Positions 1-8,537 of a stretch of DNA of 39,074 nt are shown here, piece after piece. Position numbers and translations under genes: made by a program. Source of the stretch: Candidatus Omnitrophota bacterium (GTDB lineage Bacteria > Omnitrophota > Gorgyraeia > Duberdicusellales > 4484-171); contig JAFGHG010000142.1 in the NCBI GenBank assembly GCA_016939345.1, positions 1 to 39,074 of the forward strand, given 5' to 3'. The notes beneath the pieces were generated by a model. The model saw nothing but the letters and a program-made list of their open reading frames with translations, did no database searches and had not been told where the DNA came from. Within the stretch, counting starts at the first letter, position 1, and every line of letters begins with the position of its first letter.

Positions 1-234
1 ATCGATAAGTTTAAGGGCCATGTCGAGGATACCGGCTCGGCCGCTGTCCAAATAGCCCTTTTGACTGAAAGGATCAGCTATCTTACAGACCACTTAAAAA
101 AGCACAAAAAAGACTTTCATTCCCGCCGCGGTCTATTGATTTTAGTAGGCAGGCGCAGGCGCCTGATCTCCTATTTAAAGAACAAAGACCCCCAAGGCTA
201 CGGAGAGGTTGCTAAGGAGCTTAATCTTAAATAG
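1..234 (+). CDS. rpsO: 30S ribosomal protein S15, C-terminal part (5' end cut by window edge)
   Basis: Frame 1 is open from the window edge to TAG at 232-234. The translation ...[49 protein letters not shown]... matches conserved S15 helices. The gene lies directly upstream of pnp, as in many bacteria. Confidence 0.9.
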   Translation: MDKFKGHVEDTGSAAVQIALLTERISYLTDHLKKHKKDFHSRRGLLILVGRRRRLISYLKNKDPQGYGEVAKELNLK

Positions 235-235
235 T

Positions 236-2323
236 ATGTCCGCTTCTATTTCTATCACCAATATCGGAAATAGCGAAATTTCTTTTTCCACAGGCCTATG
301 GGCAAAACAAGCTAATGGCAGCGTATGCGTAAGCTGCCAGGATACTTTAGTTCTGGCTACAGTCTGTATGAGTAATGATCCTATTCCGGGAAAGGATTTT
401 TTTCCTTTGACTGTTGAATACCAGGAGAAGACTTACGCCATGGGTAAAATACCCGGCGGTTTTTTTAAGAAAGAAGGAAGGCCAAAAGATAAAGAGATAC
501 TTACCGCTAGATTGATCGATAGACCCATAAGACCACTTTTTCCAGAGGGCATGACCAATGAGGTCCAGTTGGTTGTAATGGTCTTATCAAGTGACGGTAT
601 TAATGATCCTGATGTCTTGGCTATAAATGCTGCCAGCTGTGCCCTTATGATATCCGATATACCCTTTCTTAAGCCGGTAGCTGCAGTTAGGATCTCTAAA
701 TTGGATAAAGATTATATTGTTAATCCCAGCTATGAACAGCGTCAAATTTCTCCTATGGATTTGGTAGTTGTGGGAACAGAAGAAAAGATAATCATGCTCG
801 AGGGAGCCCTTAATGAGGTTGGCGAAACAGATGTCCTTGAGGCCATTAAAGCAGCCCAGCCAAAGATAAAAGAGCTTATAAATGTTCAAAAGAATTTGCA
901 GAAAGAAGTCGGTAAGCCAAAAAAGGAAGTTCCTTTGCTTGAGCTGGATAAAGATCTGCTGAATACTGTAAAGGAAAAGTTTGGAAAGAAAATAGAAGAT
1001 GTCTACGGGCTGGATGATAAAAATGAGCGTAAAGCCGTTATTAAAGAAATAATAAAAACCCTTACAGAAGAACTGGTTACTGATGAATCTGAAATAACTG
1101 AATCTAATATTGCAATGGCAGTTTCAGCCATAGATGAGGAGATTTTACGTAACAACATTTTGACCAAGGGTTTGCGTCCTGATTCCAGGGCTCTTGACGA
1201 GATAAGGCCTATCGAGTGTATGGTAGGGGTTTTGCCTCGGACTCACGGCTCAGCAACATTTCTTAGAGGCCAGACTCAGGCCTTAGCCACAGTCACTTTA
1301 GGCTCAAGTTCTGATGAACAGTTCATCGAAGCCTTGGAGGGTGAGAGCTCTAAGCATTTCATGCTCCATTATAGTTTCCCGCCTTTCAGCGTAGGAGAGG
1401 TAAAAGCAATGCGCGGGCCTTCCCGAAGAGACATCGGTCATGGAGCTTTGGCAGAGAAAGCTCTTTCTCCGGTAATACCTCCCAAAGAAGATTTCCCTTA
1501 TACAATAAGAGTTGTTTCAGAGATTCTGGAATCAAATGGTTCATCTTCAATGGCTTCAGCCTGTGCAGGGTCGTTGTCTCTTATGGATGCAGGCATACCA
1601 ATAACCAGACCAGTTGCCGGTATAGCAATAGGTTTGATCGATAACGGTTCTGAATATAAAATCCTTACAGATATCGCCGGAGGAGAAGATCATCACGGAG
1701 ATATGGATTTTAAGATTGCCGGGACCAGAAACGGCATTACCGCAATACAGCTTGACACAAAGATACATGGTTTAACTTATAAAATTATAGAAGAGACCCT
1801 TAAAATAGCTAAAGATGCCCGCAACAGCATTCTCGATAAGATGAGCCAGGCTATTGATGGCCCCCGCAAATCACTTTCTCAGTATGCACCAAAGATTAAG
1901 TCTTTTGAGGTTGATCCTGAAAAGATCGGAGCTATTATCGGTCCGGGAGGCAAGACAATAAAGAAGATCCAGCGAGATAACAATGTTAACGTTGATATCG
2001 ATGATGAGACCAGCATGGTTTCGGTTTCTGCTGAAACAGATGATGATTTAAACAGGGCAGTTCAGCAGATCATGAATCTGGTTAAGGAGATTGAAGTCGG
2101 AGAAGTCTATGAGGTTAAAGTCGAAAGGATAGTAAATTTCGGCGCGTTTTGTGAGATAGCTCCTGGGAAATCCGGCCTTATTCATGTTTCAGAATTATCG
2201 GACAGCTTTGTCAAAGACGTTAATGATTACTTAAAAATCGGGGATATTCTTCAGGCAAAGGTTATCGGTGTTGATCCTCAAGGAAAAATCCGACTAAGCG
2301 CAAAGCAGGCTAAACCGGCTTAA
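236..2323 (+). CDS. pnp: Polyribonucleotide nucleotidyltransferase (PNPase)
   Basis: This is the ORF-track entry 209..2323. I chose the ATG at 236 because the TTG at 209 lies inside rpsO. The protein has two RNase PH-like halves, a KH motif (GPGGKTIKKI) and a C-terminal S1 domain (VGEVYEVKVERIVNFGAFCEI). Confidence 0.95.
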   Translation: MSASISITNIGNSEISFSTGLWAKQANGSVCVSCQDTLVLATVCMSNDPIPGKDFFPLTVEYQEKTYAMGKIPGGFFKKEGRPKDKEILTARLIDRPIRPLFPEGMTNEVQLVVMVLSSDGINDPDVLAINAASCALMISDIPFLKPVAAVRISKLDKDYIVNPSYEQRQISPMDLVVVGTEEKIIMLEGALNEVGETDVLEAIKAAQPKIKELINVQKNLQKEVGKPKKEVPLLELDKDLLNTVKEKFGKKIEDVYGLDDKNERKAVIKEIIKTLTEELVTDESEITESNIAMAVSAIDEEILRNNILTKGLRPDSRALDEIRPIECMVGVLPRTHGSATFLRGQTQALATVTLGSSSDEQFIEALEGESSKHFMLHYSFPPFSVGEVKAMRGPSRRDIGHGALAEKALSPVIPPKEDFPYTIRVVSEILESNGSSSMASACAGSLSLMDAGIPITRPVAGIAIGLIDNGSEYKILTDIAGGEDHHGDMDFKIAGTRNGITAIQLDTKIHGLTYKIIEETLKIAKDARNSILDKMSQAIDGPRKSLSQYAPKIKSFEVDPEKIGAIIGPGGKTIKKIQRDNNVNVDIDDETSMVSVSAETDDDLNRAVQQIMNLVKEIEVGEVYEVKVERIVNFGAFCEIAPGKSGLIHVSELSDSFVKDVNDYLKIGDILQAKVIGVDPQGKIRLSAKQAKPA

Positions 2324-2380
2324 AAACCGCTGCTTATTCTGACTTCATAAATAATCAGTGTTTTCGCAAAAAAGTTTAAG

Positions 2381-4609
2381 ATGAAGCATCTTTCATCCTT
2401 TTTAAAGAGTGTTGTTTTTTTCCTTCTGTCTATCCTAATACTTTTAAGCCTTATCTCCTATAACCCCTCAGACATAAAATTTCTTAACTACCCTCCAAAA
2501 GGTTCGATATCTAATTTTGTAGGGATTGTCGGAGCCTACATTGCTTTTGCTCTTTTTTTTATCTTTGGATATGCCGCGTATTTTTTCCCTTTTTGTTTTG
2601 CCTGCCTTGGTTTAAACAAGCTGGAAATGATAAGGTTTTCCGGTCTTGGAAAAAGCCGCATCGTAAACGTCCTGGCCTTTACCTTCTTTATAGTTTTTCT
2701 TTCAGGGTTTATCGGGCTTTTTTTCTCAAGCGATACTGCAACCTTTAAATCTTCCGGGGTGATAGGATTTTTTCTAGGCGGATTTTTTAAGAAATATTTT
2801 GCTTTTAGTTCTTATATCATACTTTTTATACTTATGGCAGCATGCATGGTTGTATTCTTCGGCCTTTTCTTTATAGATTTTGTAAAGGCCTCGCGCAAAA
2901 TGTTCATAAGCATCTTTAACAGGATTAAGGAAAGAAGGCCTAAGGTCGAACCCAAACCAATAGTAAGAGAGCAGGTAAAAAAACGAGAAGGCGTAAAGGA
3001 AAAGATAAAAGAAGCTTTTTCGAAAAAGGAAAAAGTCAAGCCGGAGATAAAGATGTATGCTCCCAAAATAGAACCCCGGGAAAAGAAAGATGCCTTGTCC
3101 AGCGGCTTGGGTGTTGTTACTGCTTCGGCGACAGCTTCCAACAAAGAACAGATTCAGGATAAGATAAAGGATTTAGAAAACCAGCAGACCAAGACTTATG
3201 ATCCCAGAAATTATAAGTTGCCCCATGTATCATTATTAAAGGTGCCGCCCTTTCCTGATGCCCAGGAAACAAAAGAAGACATTGAGGCTAACATAAATAA
3301 CCTGGAAACCACTTTTTCTGATTTTGGAGTTGAGGCAAAAGTTGTAAGCGTACAAAAGGGCCCGGTTGTTACTATGTATGAGGTTTCTCCTCAATCTGGA
3401 ACAAAAATACAAAGGATATCTTCTTTAGCCGATGATATTGCTTTGGCCATGAAGTCGGCAAATGTAAGAATAGTCGCTCCTATACCAGGAAGAGGTACAA
3501 TAGGTGTGGAAATACCTAATTTAAAAAAACATCTTGTTTTTTTAAGAGAAGTCATTGAAGAAAAGATATTCAATCAGGCTTCTTCAAAGCTTACAATAGC
3601 GATAGGAAAGGATGTTTCAGGAAATCCTATCATAGCTAAATTGGATGATATGCCTCATCTTTTGATTGCCGGGGCAACCGGAGCCGGAAAAACAGTCTGC
3701 GTTAATTCTATAATATCTTCTATTCTTTTTAAGGCCAAGCCCGATGAGGTAAAATTCATCATGGTCGATCCTAAGATGGTCGAGCTGGCTTCATTTTCAG
3801 GCATACCCCATCTGATACATCCTATAATCTCTGAGGCAAAAAAAGCTTTTTTCGCTTTGAACTGGGCAGTTGAAGAGATGGAGAGAAGATACAGGATGCT
3901 AGCAGATTCTGGATCTCGCAATATAGATGTTTACAATAAGTCGAACCAAAAACTTCCTTACATTATAATAGTAGTTGATGAATTAGCAGACCTTATGATT
4001 GTAGCCAGGGAGAGTATAGAGACTGCCATACAAAGGCTGGCTCAGCTTTCCCGGGCAGTGGGAATACATCTGATTTTAGCTACTCAAAGGCCTTCTGTTG
4101 ATGTAATTACCGGGGTAATAAAAGCTAATTTTCCTGCCCGCATATCCTTTAAGGTTTCCTCAAAAGTTGATTCCCGTACAGTACTTGATATGATGGGGGC
4201 TGAGAAGCTTATCGGAAAAGGAGACCTTTTGTTTTTAAAGCCTGGAGCCATAAAGCTTATCCGGGCCCAAGGGTCATTCATAGACGACAGCGATATAGAA
4301 GTTTTGACTGATTTTATCCGAAAACAAGGCCGGCCGGTTTATGAAGAGGCTATTGTTGAAGGAGAAAAGAAACAAGCTTTAGACTTAGGAAGTGATGATT
4401 TATTTGAGGAAGCAGTAAAGATAGTTTTACGCACTAATCAGGCTTCGGCCTCTTTGTTGCAGCGCAGGCTAAGAGTTGGTTACACCAGGGCAGCCCGATT
4501 GCTTGATCTTATGGAGCAGGAAGGCATAGTAGGACCTTTTCGCGGAAGCAAAGCCCGCGAAATAATAGTAGATCCGGAAGTTTTTCTTGTTGAGAAAGGC
4601 TGGTCTTGA
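2381..4609 (+). CDS. ftsK: DNA translocase FtsK/SpoIIIE
   Basis: It has an N-terminal multi-TM region, a Lys/Glu/Pro-rich linker and a motor domain with Walker A (LLIAGATGAGKTV). The C-terminal gamma winged helix is present (LLQRRLRVGYTRAARLLDLMEQEGIV). Confidence 0.9.
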   Translation: MKHLSSFLKSVVFFLLSILILLSLISYNPSDIKFLNYPPKGSISNFVGIVGAYIAFALFFIFGYAAYFFPFCFACLGLNKLEMIRFSGLGKSRIVNVLAFTFFIVFLSGFIGLFFSSDTATFKSSGVIGFFLGGFFKKYFAFSSYIILFILMAACMVVFFGLFFIDFVKASRKMFISIFNRIKERRPKVEPKPIVREQVKKREGVKEKIKEAFSKKEKVKPEIKMYAPKIEPREKKDALSSGLGVVTASATASNKEQIQDKIKDLENQQTKTYDPRNYKLPHVSLLKVPPFPDAQETKEDIEANINNLETTFSDFGVEAKVVSVQKGPVVTMYEVSPQSGTKIQRISSLADDIALAMKSANVRIVAPIPGRGTIGVEIPNLKKHLVFLREVIEEKIFNQASSKLTIAIGKDVSGNPIIAKLDDMPHLLIAGATGAGKTVCVNSIISSILFKAKPDEVKFIMVDPKMVELASFSGIPHLIHPIISEAKKAFFALNWAVEEMERRYRMLADSGSRNIDVYNKSNQKLPYIIIVVDELADLMIVARESIETAIQRLAQLSRAVGIHLILATQRPSVDVITGVIKANFPARISFKVSSKVDSRTVLDMMGAEKLIGKGDLLFLKPGAIKLIRAQGSFIDDSDIEVLTDFIRKQGRPVYEEAIVEGEKKQALDLGSDDLFEEAVKIVLRTNQASASLLQRRLRVGYTRAARLLDLMEQEGIVGPFRGSKAREIIVDPEVFLVEKGWS

Positions 4610-5424
4610 TGCAGGAAATTTGCCGAAAGCTACGCCAGAAACGTAAAGAATTAGGTTACTCCATAGAACATGTGGTGGAAAAGACCAAACTGCACCCTTC
4701 AGTGATAAAGGACATTGAAGACTGTAACTTTGAAAATATAAGCAGTACATACTTAAAAGGGTTTATAAAGATTTATGCTTCATTTTTAGAGGTTGACACA
4801 AACCAGTCTGTAGAGGATCCGGAACTTGTTAAGCCGGATGTAAAAAAAATTTTTCAGCAGAAAACCTTACCGCAAAAGGAAAACATACAAAAAGATGTTC
4901 ATCAAAAAACATCTGCCCCCCAGAAAAGAAAGCCAAGGCCGGATTTAGCCAAGATAATCGTCGAAAGATTAAAGAAGATATCGCCAGAAGTTCGTAAAAA
5001 AATAGCTAAGGTTTTGATAGCCTTGCTGGTTGCCTGGTTGGTCTTTTCTTTAGGCAGGCTGGTTATTACAAAAGTCAAAAGTTTTTTTGCCAACAAGCCA
5101 AAAGCCGAGAAGACCAAAGAAACTGTTAATGATGAAAGGAGTATGGTTGATATCGAGCAGGGTCAGGAGATAACCGCATCTATTACAGCCAAAAAGAAAT
5201 GCTTTTTAAGGGTAACCGTAGACGGCAAGCTTTTATTTGAGGGGGTGCTTAATAACGGAGCCGTAGAAAGCTGGAAAGGCGTAAAAGAAATAGAATTTAA
5301 GATAAGCGACGGCTCTGCCGTTTATCTTGAAGTCAACGGAAAATCTATTCCTACCCTTTCTTCTATCCGAAAACCCATAAAGAGCCTTAAAATAACCCCA
5401 TCCGGAATATCCATCGATAAATAA
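4606..5424 (+). CDS. rodZ: RodZ-like cytoskeleton protein (XRE-type HTH, one TM, DUF4115-like C-terminus)
   Basis: Its start overlaps the ftsK stop (ATGA). It has an N-terminal HTH (LRQKRKELGYSIEHVVEKTKL), a TM segment (VLIALLVAWLVFSLG) and a C-terminal beta domain (FLRVTVDGKLLFEGVLNNG...YLEVNGKSI). Confidence 0.6.
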   Translation: MMQEICRKLRQKRKELGYSIEHVVEKTKLHPSVIKDIEDCNFENISSTYLKGFIKIYASFLEVDTNQSVEDPELVKPDVKKIFQQKTLPQKENIQKDVHQKTSAPQKRKPRPDLAKIIVERLKKISPEVRKKIAKVLIALLVAWLVFSLGRLVITKVKSFFANKPKAEKTKETVNDERSMVDIEQGQEITASITAKKKCFLRVTVDGKLLFEGVLNNGAVESWKGVKEIEFKISDGSAVYLEVNGKSIPTLSSIRKPIKSLKITPSGISIDK

Positions 5425-5438
5425 TATAATTAATAAGT

Positions 5439-5466
5439 CCGAAACCCGAATATCGAATTCCGAAGC
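5439..5466 (+). repeat. Four tandem heptamers, YCGAAnn (CCGAAAC CCGAATA TCGAATT CCGAAGC)
   Basis: CGAA occurs at 5440, 5447, 5454 and 5461, an exact 7-nt period. The repeat lies in the rodZ-rimO spacer and ends 9 nt before the rimO ATG. Confidence 0.75.
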
Positions 5467-5475
5467 AATTCTTAA

Positions 5476-6738
5476 ATGACCAAAATTCAAATGGCTAAGA
5501 AGACTTTCTCAATAATATCTCTGGGTTGTTTTAGAAACACCTATGATTCAGAGGTGATCATCAAGCGCTTTCAGAATAAAGGCTACAGGTATGTTTGCGA
5601 AGCTTCTCAAGCTCTGGATTTGATGATAATTAATACCTGTGGTTTTATTGAGGAGGCTAAGAAGGAGTCATTAACGCTTATTAGAGAGGCGTTATCTTTA
5701 AAGAGGAAGGGCAGGATAAAAAGAATTCTTGTTTCTGGATGTCTTTCCCAGCGTTACAGGAATGAGCTGAGAAAATCTTTGCCCCAGGTTGACGAGTTCA
5801 AAGGAGTAGAAGAATTTGAAATAGGATTTGAAAGCGGCTTGAAACTTACGACCAAAAACAGCGCTTTTGTAAAAATCTCTGAAGGTTGCATTAATTGCTG
5901 CAGTTTTTGCGCAATACCTTTGATAAAAGGAAGCCTAAAAAGCAGACCATCAAAGGATATTATCAGGGAGGTTAGATTTTTAAATGATAGGGGTGTTAAA
6001 GAGATAAATATAATCGGTCAGGATATTACCAGCTGGGGAAAAGACCTTGGTAAAAGCAGGGGGTTTAGCCGGCTTCTTGCCTCAATTGAGGAGGCCGCAG
6101 ATAAAGTTTCCTGGATAAGGCTTATTTATACTCATCCTAAGCATTTTAGCAGCGAGTTGATAGAAATGATAGGTAAAAGCGCTAAAATCTGCAATTATAT
6201 TGATTTGCCAATACAGCATATAAATGATAAAATTTTAAAGTCAATGAACCGCGGGATTTCCAGCGATAAGCTTATATCTTTGATAAAAAAAATAAGAAAG
6301 ACCATTCCCAAAGTCGCACTAAGGTCCTCGATAATCGTTGGTTTTCCCGGAGAAAACAATAAAGACTTTCAAGAATTAAAAGATTTTCTTAAATTTATCA
6401 AATTCGAGCGTCTCGGAGTATTTGTCTATTCCCGGGAAGAAGGCACCAGGGCTTATGATTTTGTTCCTCAGGTACACCCGGCAACAAAGAAAAAACGCCA
6501 ACGTTTATTAATGGAACAGCAAAAAGATATAGTTGCAGAGTTTAATAAAGGATTGCTTGATAAAAAAATATCCGTTTTGATTGAAGAAAGGCAAAACAGC
6601 ACTTTTATCGGCCGCAGCGAATATGATGCTCCGGAGGTAGATGGGCAGGTCTTTGTTAAGAGAAAAGGATTAAAAATCGGCCATATTTACCAGCTGAAAA
6701 TCACTGATTATTTTGGTTATGACCTTATAGCCGAATAA
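5476..6738 (+). CDS. rimO: Radical-SAM methylthiotransferase, RimO-like (ribosomal protein S12 methylthiotransferase)
   Basis: It has an N-terminal MTTase domain (SLGCFRNTYDSE), a radical-SAM cluster motif (CINCCSFC) and a C-terminal TRAM-like segment. Separating RimO from MiaB by eye is not certain. Confidence 0.7.
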   Translation: MTKIQMAKKTFSIISLGCFRNTYDSEVIIKRFQNKGYRYVCEASQALDLMIINTCGFIEEAKKESLTLIREALSLKRKGRIKRILVSGCLSQRYRNELRKSLPQVDEFKGVEEFEIGFESGLKLTTKNSAFVKISEGCINCCSFCAIPLIKGSLKSRPSKDIIREVRFLNDRGVKEINIIGQDITSWGKDLGKSRGFSRLLASIEEAADKVSWIRLIYTHPKHFSSELIEMIGKSAKICNYIDLPIQHINDKILKSMNRGISSDKLISLIKKIRKTIPKVALRSSIIVGFPGENNKDFQELKDFLKFIKFERLGVFVYSREEGTRAYDFVPQVHPATKKKRQRLLMEQQKDIVAEFNKGLLDKKISVLIEERQNSTFIGRSEYDAPEVDGQVFVKRKGLKIGHIYQLKITDYFGYDLIAE

Positions 6739-6831
6739 AAATAGTTACTCGTATATAGCATCTAGTTTCTAGTCAAGTTATTGATTTAAGAAAAAACAAT
6801 ATGCCAGTTGCTGGCAACTAGATACTTTATT

Positions 6832-7398
6832 ATGAATACGCCAAATAAAATCACCCTTCTGCGGATAATCCTGTCTTTTTTTTGTATCGGCTTCATATTA
6901 GCCGATGATTATGCTTCTTTGATAACTGCTTTTATACTTTTCATTGTAGCCTCTTTGACCGATATTCTTGACGGTTTCCTAGCCAGGAAGAAAAATCTCA
7001 CGTCTGACCTGGGGAAACTTTTGGACCCGATAGCTGATAAAATACTTATTATCGGAGTGCTTTGCGCTTTTCTTCAGCTAGGAATTATCGATGCCTGGAT
7101 AGTAAGTCTTATAATGCTCAGAGAGTTTATAATAACCGGTTTAAGGCTTTACGGTTTGAATAGAGGAGTGGTGCTTGAGGCTAAGAGGTTTGGCAAGCAC
7201 AAGACATTATCCCAGGTCACAGGTATTTTTATTATTTTTTTGACTTTAATCTTGATTCATATCTTACCAGGTAACAAATTTTTATTATTTCTAAAGGATA
7301 GTTTTATACCTTTGATGATGTGGTATATTGTAGTCATAACCCTTTCATCAGGCGTATATTATTTCTGGGTTAACAGGAGAGCAATACGAACTTTTTGA
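6832..7398 (+). CDS. pgsA: CDP-diacylglycerol--glycerol-3-phosphate 3-phosphatidyltransferase
   Basis: It carries the CDP-alcohol phosphatidyltransferase motif DILDGFLARK...GKLLDPIADK. I prefer the ATG at 6832 (MNTPNKITLLRI) over the TTG at 6808 given in the track. Confidence 0.85.
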   Translation: MNTPNKITLLRIILSFFCIGFILADDYASLITAFILFIVASLTDILDGFLARKKNLTSDLGKLLDPIADKILIIGVLCAFLQLGIIDAWIVSLIMLREFIITGLRLYGLNRGVVLEAKRFGKHKTLSQVTGIFIIFLTLILIHILPGNKFLLFLKDSFIPLMMWYIVVITLSSGVYYFWVNRRAIRTF

Positions 7399-7418
7399 AT
7401 AATAGTCAAACAGTAAAA

Positions 7419-7506
7419 AGTTTAGGTTTAGCAGTGGGATTGGGTAGTGAGTGTTTTAACTAACTACCCACTGCCAACTACCTAACTCACAACTCGAATC
7501 TAACCC
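7419..7506 (+). repeat. Structured intergenic repeat, copy A (G/T-rich 5' arm, C/A-rich 3' arm)
   Basis: It shares an identical 21-mer, CCAACTACCTAACTCACAACT (7474-7494), with 21145-21165, plus AGTTTAGGT, GTAGTGAGT and ACCCACT blocks in the same order. GCAGTGGG (7431-7438) pairs with CCCACTGC (7467-7474). Confidence 0.7.
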
Positions 7507-7537
7507 AAATACAATCTGTAACCAGAAAAGGGGATTC

Positions 7538-8011
7538 ATGAAAAAATTATCAAAGAAAGACACGATAGTCGTTTTGATTAGTACTTTGTTTGGGGTGGGT
7601 TATACGCCGCTGTGCCCGGGAACCGCATCCTGCGTTGTGGCTGTTGCTTTATTTATATTGATCAAAAGCAGAATAGTTTTCTTTTTCGTCACCCTTGCCA
7701 GCACCATTATTGCTTTTTTAATCTGCACCAGGGCCGAGAAGATATTTGCTGAAAAAGACAGTAAAAAAATAGTCATCGACGACTTTTCAGGTATGCTTAT
7801 AACCTATCTTTTCCTGCCCAAAGATATAAACATTCTTTTTATACCCGCCGGGTTTTTTCTTTTCCGTATGCTTGATATGCTTAAAATACCTCCTGCTGAT
7901 AAGATCGAAAGCCTGCCCGGAGCAAAGGGTATTGTCGGAGATGATGTGGCAGCAGGTATTTATTCGCTGTTAGTTATTCAGGCAGTAAGGTTTATTTTTC
8001 CAATAGTCTGA
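7538..8011 (+). CDS. pgpA: Phosphatidylglycerophosphatase A
   Basis: It is a small membrane protein with PgpA-like segments (FGVGYTPLCPGTASC, IDDFSGM, IVGDDVAAGIY). It sits next to pgsA. Confidence 0.75.
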   Translation: MKKLSKKDTIVVLISTLFGVGYTPLCPGTASCVVAVALFILIKSRIVFFFVTLASTIIAFLICTRAEKIFAEKDSKKIVIDDFSGMLITYLFLPKDINILFIPAGFFLFRMLDMLKIPPADKIESLPGAKGIVGDDVAAGIYSLLVIQAVRFIFPIV

Positions 8012-8526
8012 TACACCGGCCCTTTTGGGGTAAGAGTGCTTTTTTTAAGCACAATGTCTTTGACCGTAAAAATATCACTTATTCTTATGCCTTCTAATTT
8101 TTCTATAAGCTTATCCAGATTCTTTGCTGATTTAATCCTTGCCAGGGTAATATGAGCTTTAAATTTGGCCTCTACCGGAAATCCTAAAGCTTTAAGCCCT
8201 TCTTCCAGTTCAAAAGCCATATTTTTAAGAAGTTCTTCTTCCGTGGTGCTGAAGAATAAGACCTTCGGCCGGCGTTGGTTGGGGAAAAAACCGGCATCTT
8301 TGAGGTAAACATCAAAAGCCTTGAACTTTTTGGCTGTTTTGGCTATAGCCTCTAAAATTGGCTGGACTTTTCCTTCTTGGATATCGCCTAAAAATTTTAA
8401 GGTCATATGCAGGTTATCTGCCTGTACCCATTTGCAATCCAGCTGACAGGGCTTTAAGTCTTCTATCAGCTGAGATATTTTATCCTTAATATATGAGGGC
8501 AGTTCTATGGCAATAAAAGCTCTCAT
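7978..8526 (-). CDS. thpR: RNA 2',3'-cyclic phosphodiesterase / 2'-5' RNA ligase family (2H phosphoesterase)
   Basis: It has the two HxT motifs (HMTLKFLG and HITLARI) at typical spacing in a protein of about 180 aa. Confidence 0.8.
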   Translation of the reverse strand: MRAFIAIELPSYIKDKISQLIEDLKPCQLDCKWVQADNLHMTLKFLGDIQEGKVQPILEAIAKTAKKFKAFDVYLKDAGFFPNQRRPKVLFFSTTEEELLKNMAFELEEGLKALGFPVEAKFKAHITLARIKSAKNLDKLIEKLEGIRISDIFTVKDIVLKKSTLTPKGPVYQTIGKINLTA

Positions 8527-8537
8527 TATCTGATTAT

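Noticed and set aside
209-235. The track's upstream alternative starts: TTG at 209 for pnp, TTG at 6808 for pgsA, ATG at 15007 for the ParA-like gene and TTG at 24103 for cimA.
   Set aside because: The 209 start lies inside rpsO. For pgsA, the ATG at 6832 gives the N-terminus MNTPNKITLLRI, which I preferred over the TTG extension. The 15007 start would put the strong AAAGGAGG SD, and the upstream gene's stop, inside the coding region. The 24103 start directly abuts its SD.
6803-6822. The inverted repeat AGTTGC-TG-GCAACT upstream of pgsA, considered as a regulatory hairpin.
   Set aside because: A 2-nt loop is sterically implausible and the stem is only 6 bp. I noted it only as part of the AGTT-rich spacer.
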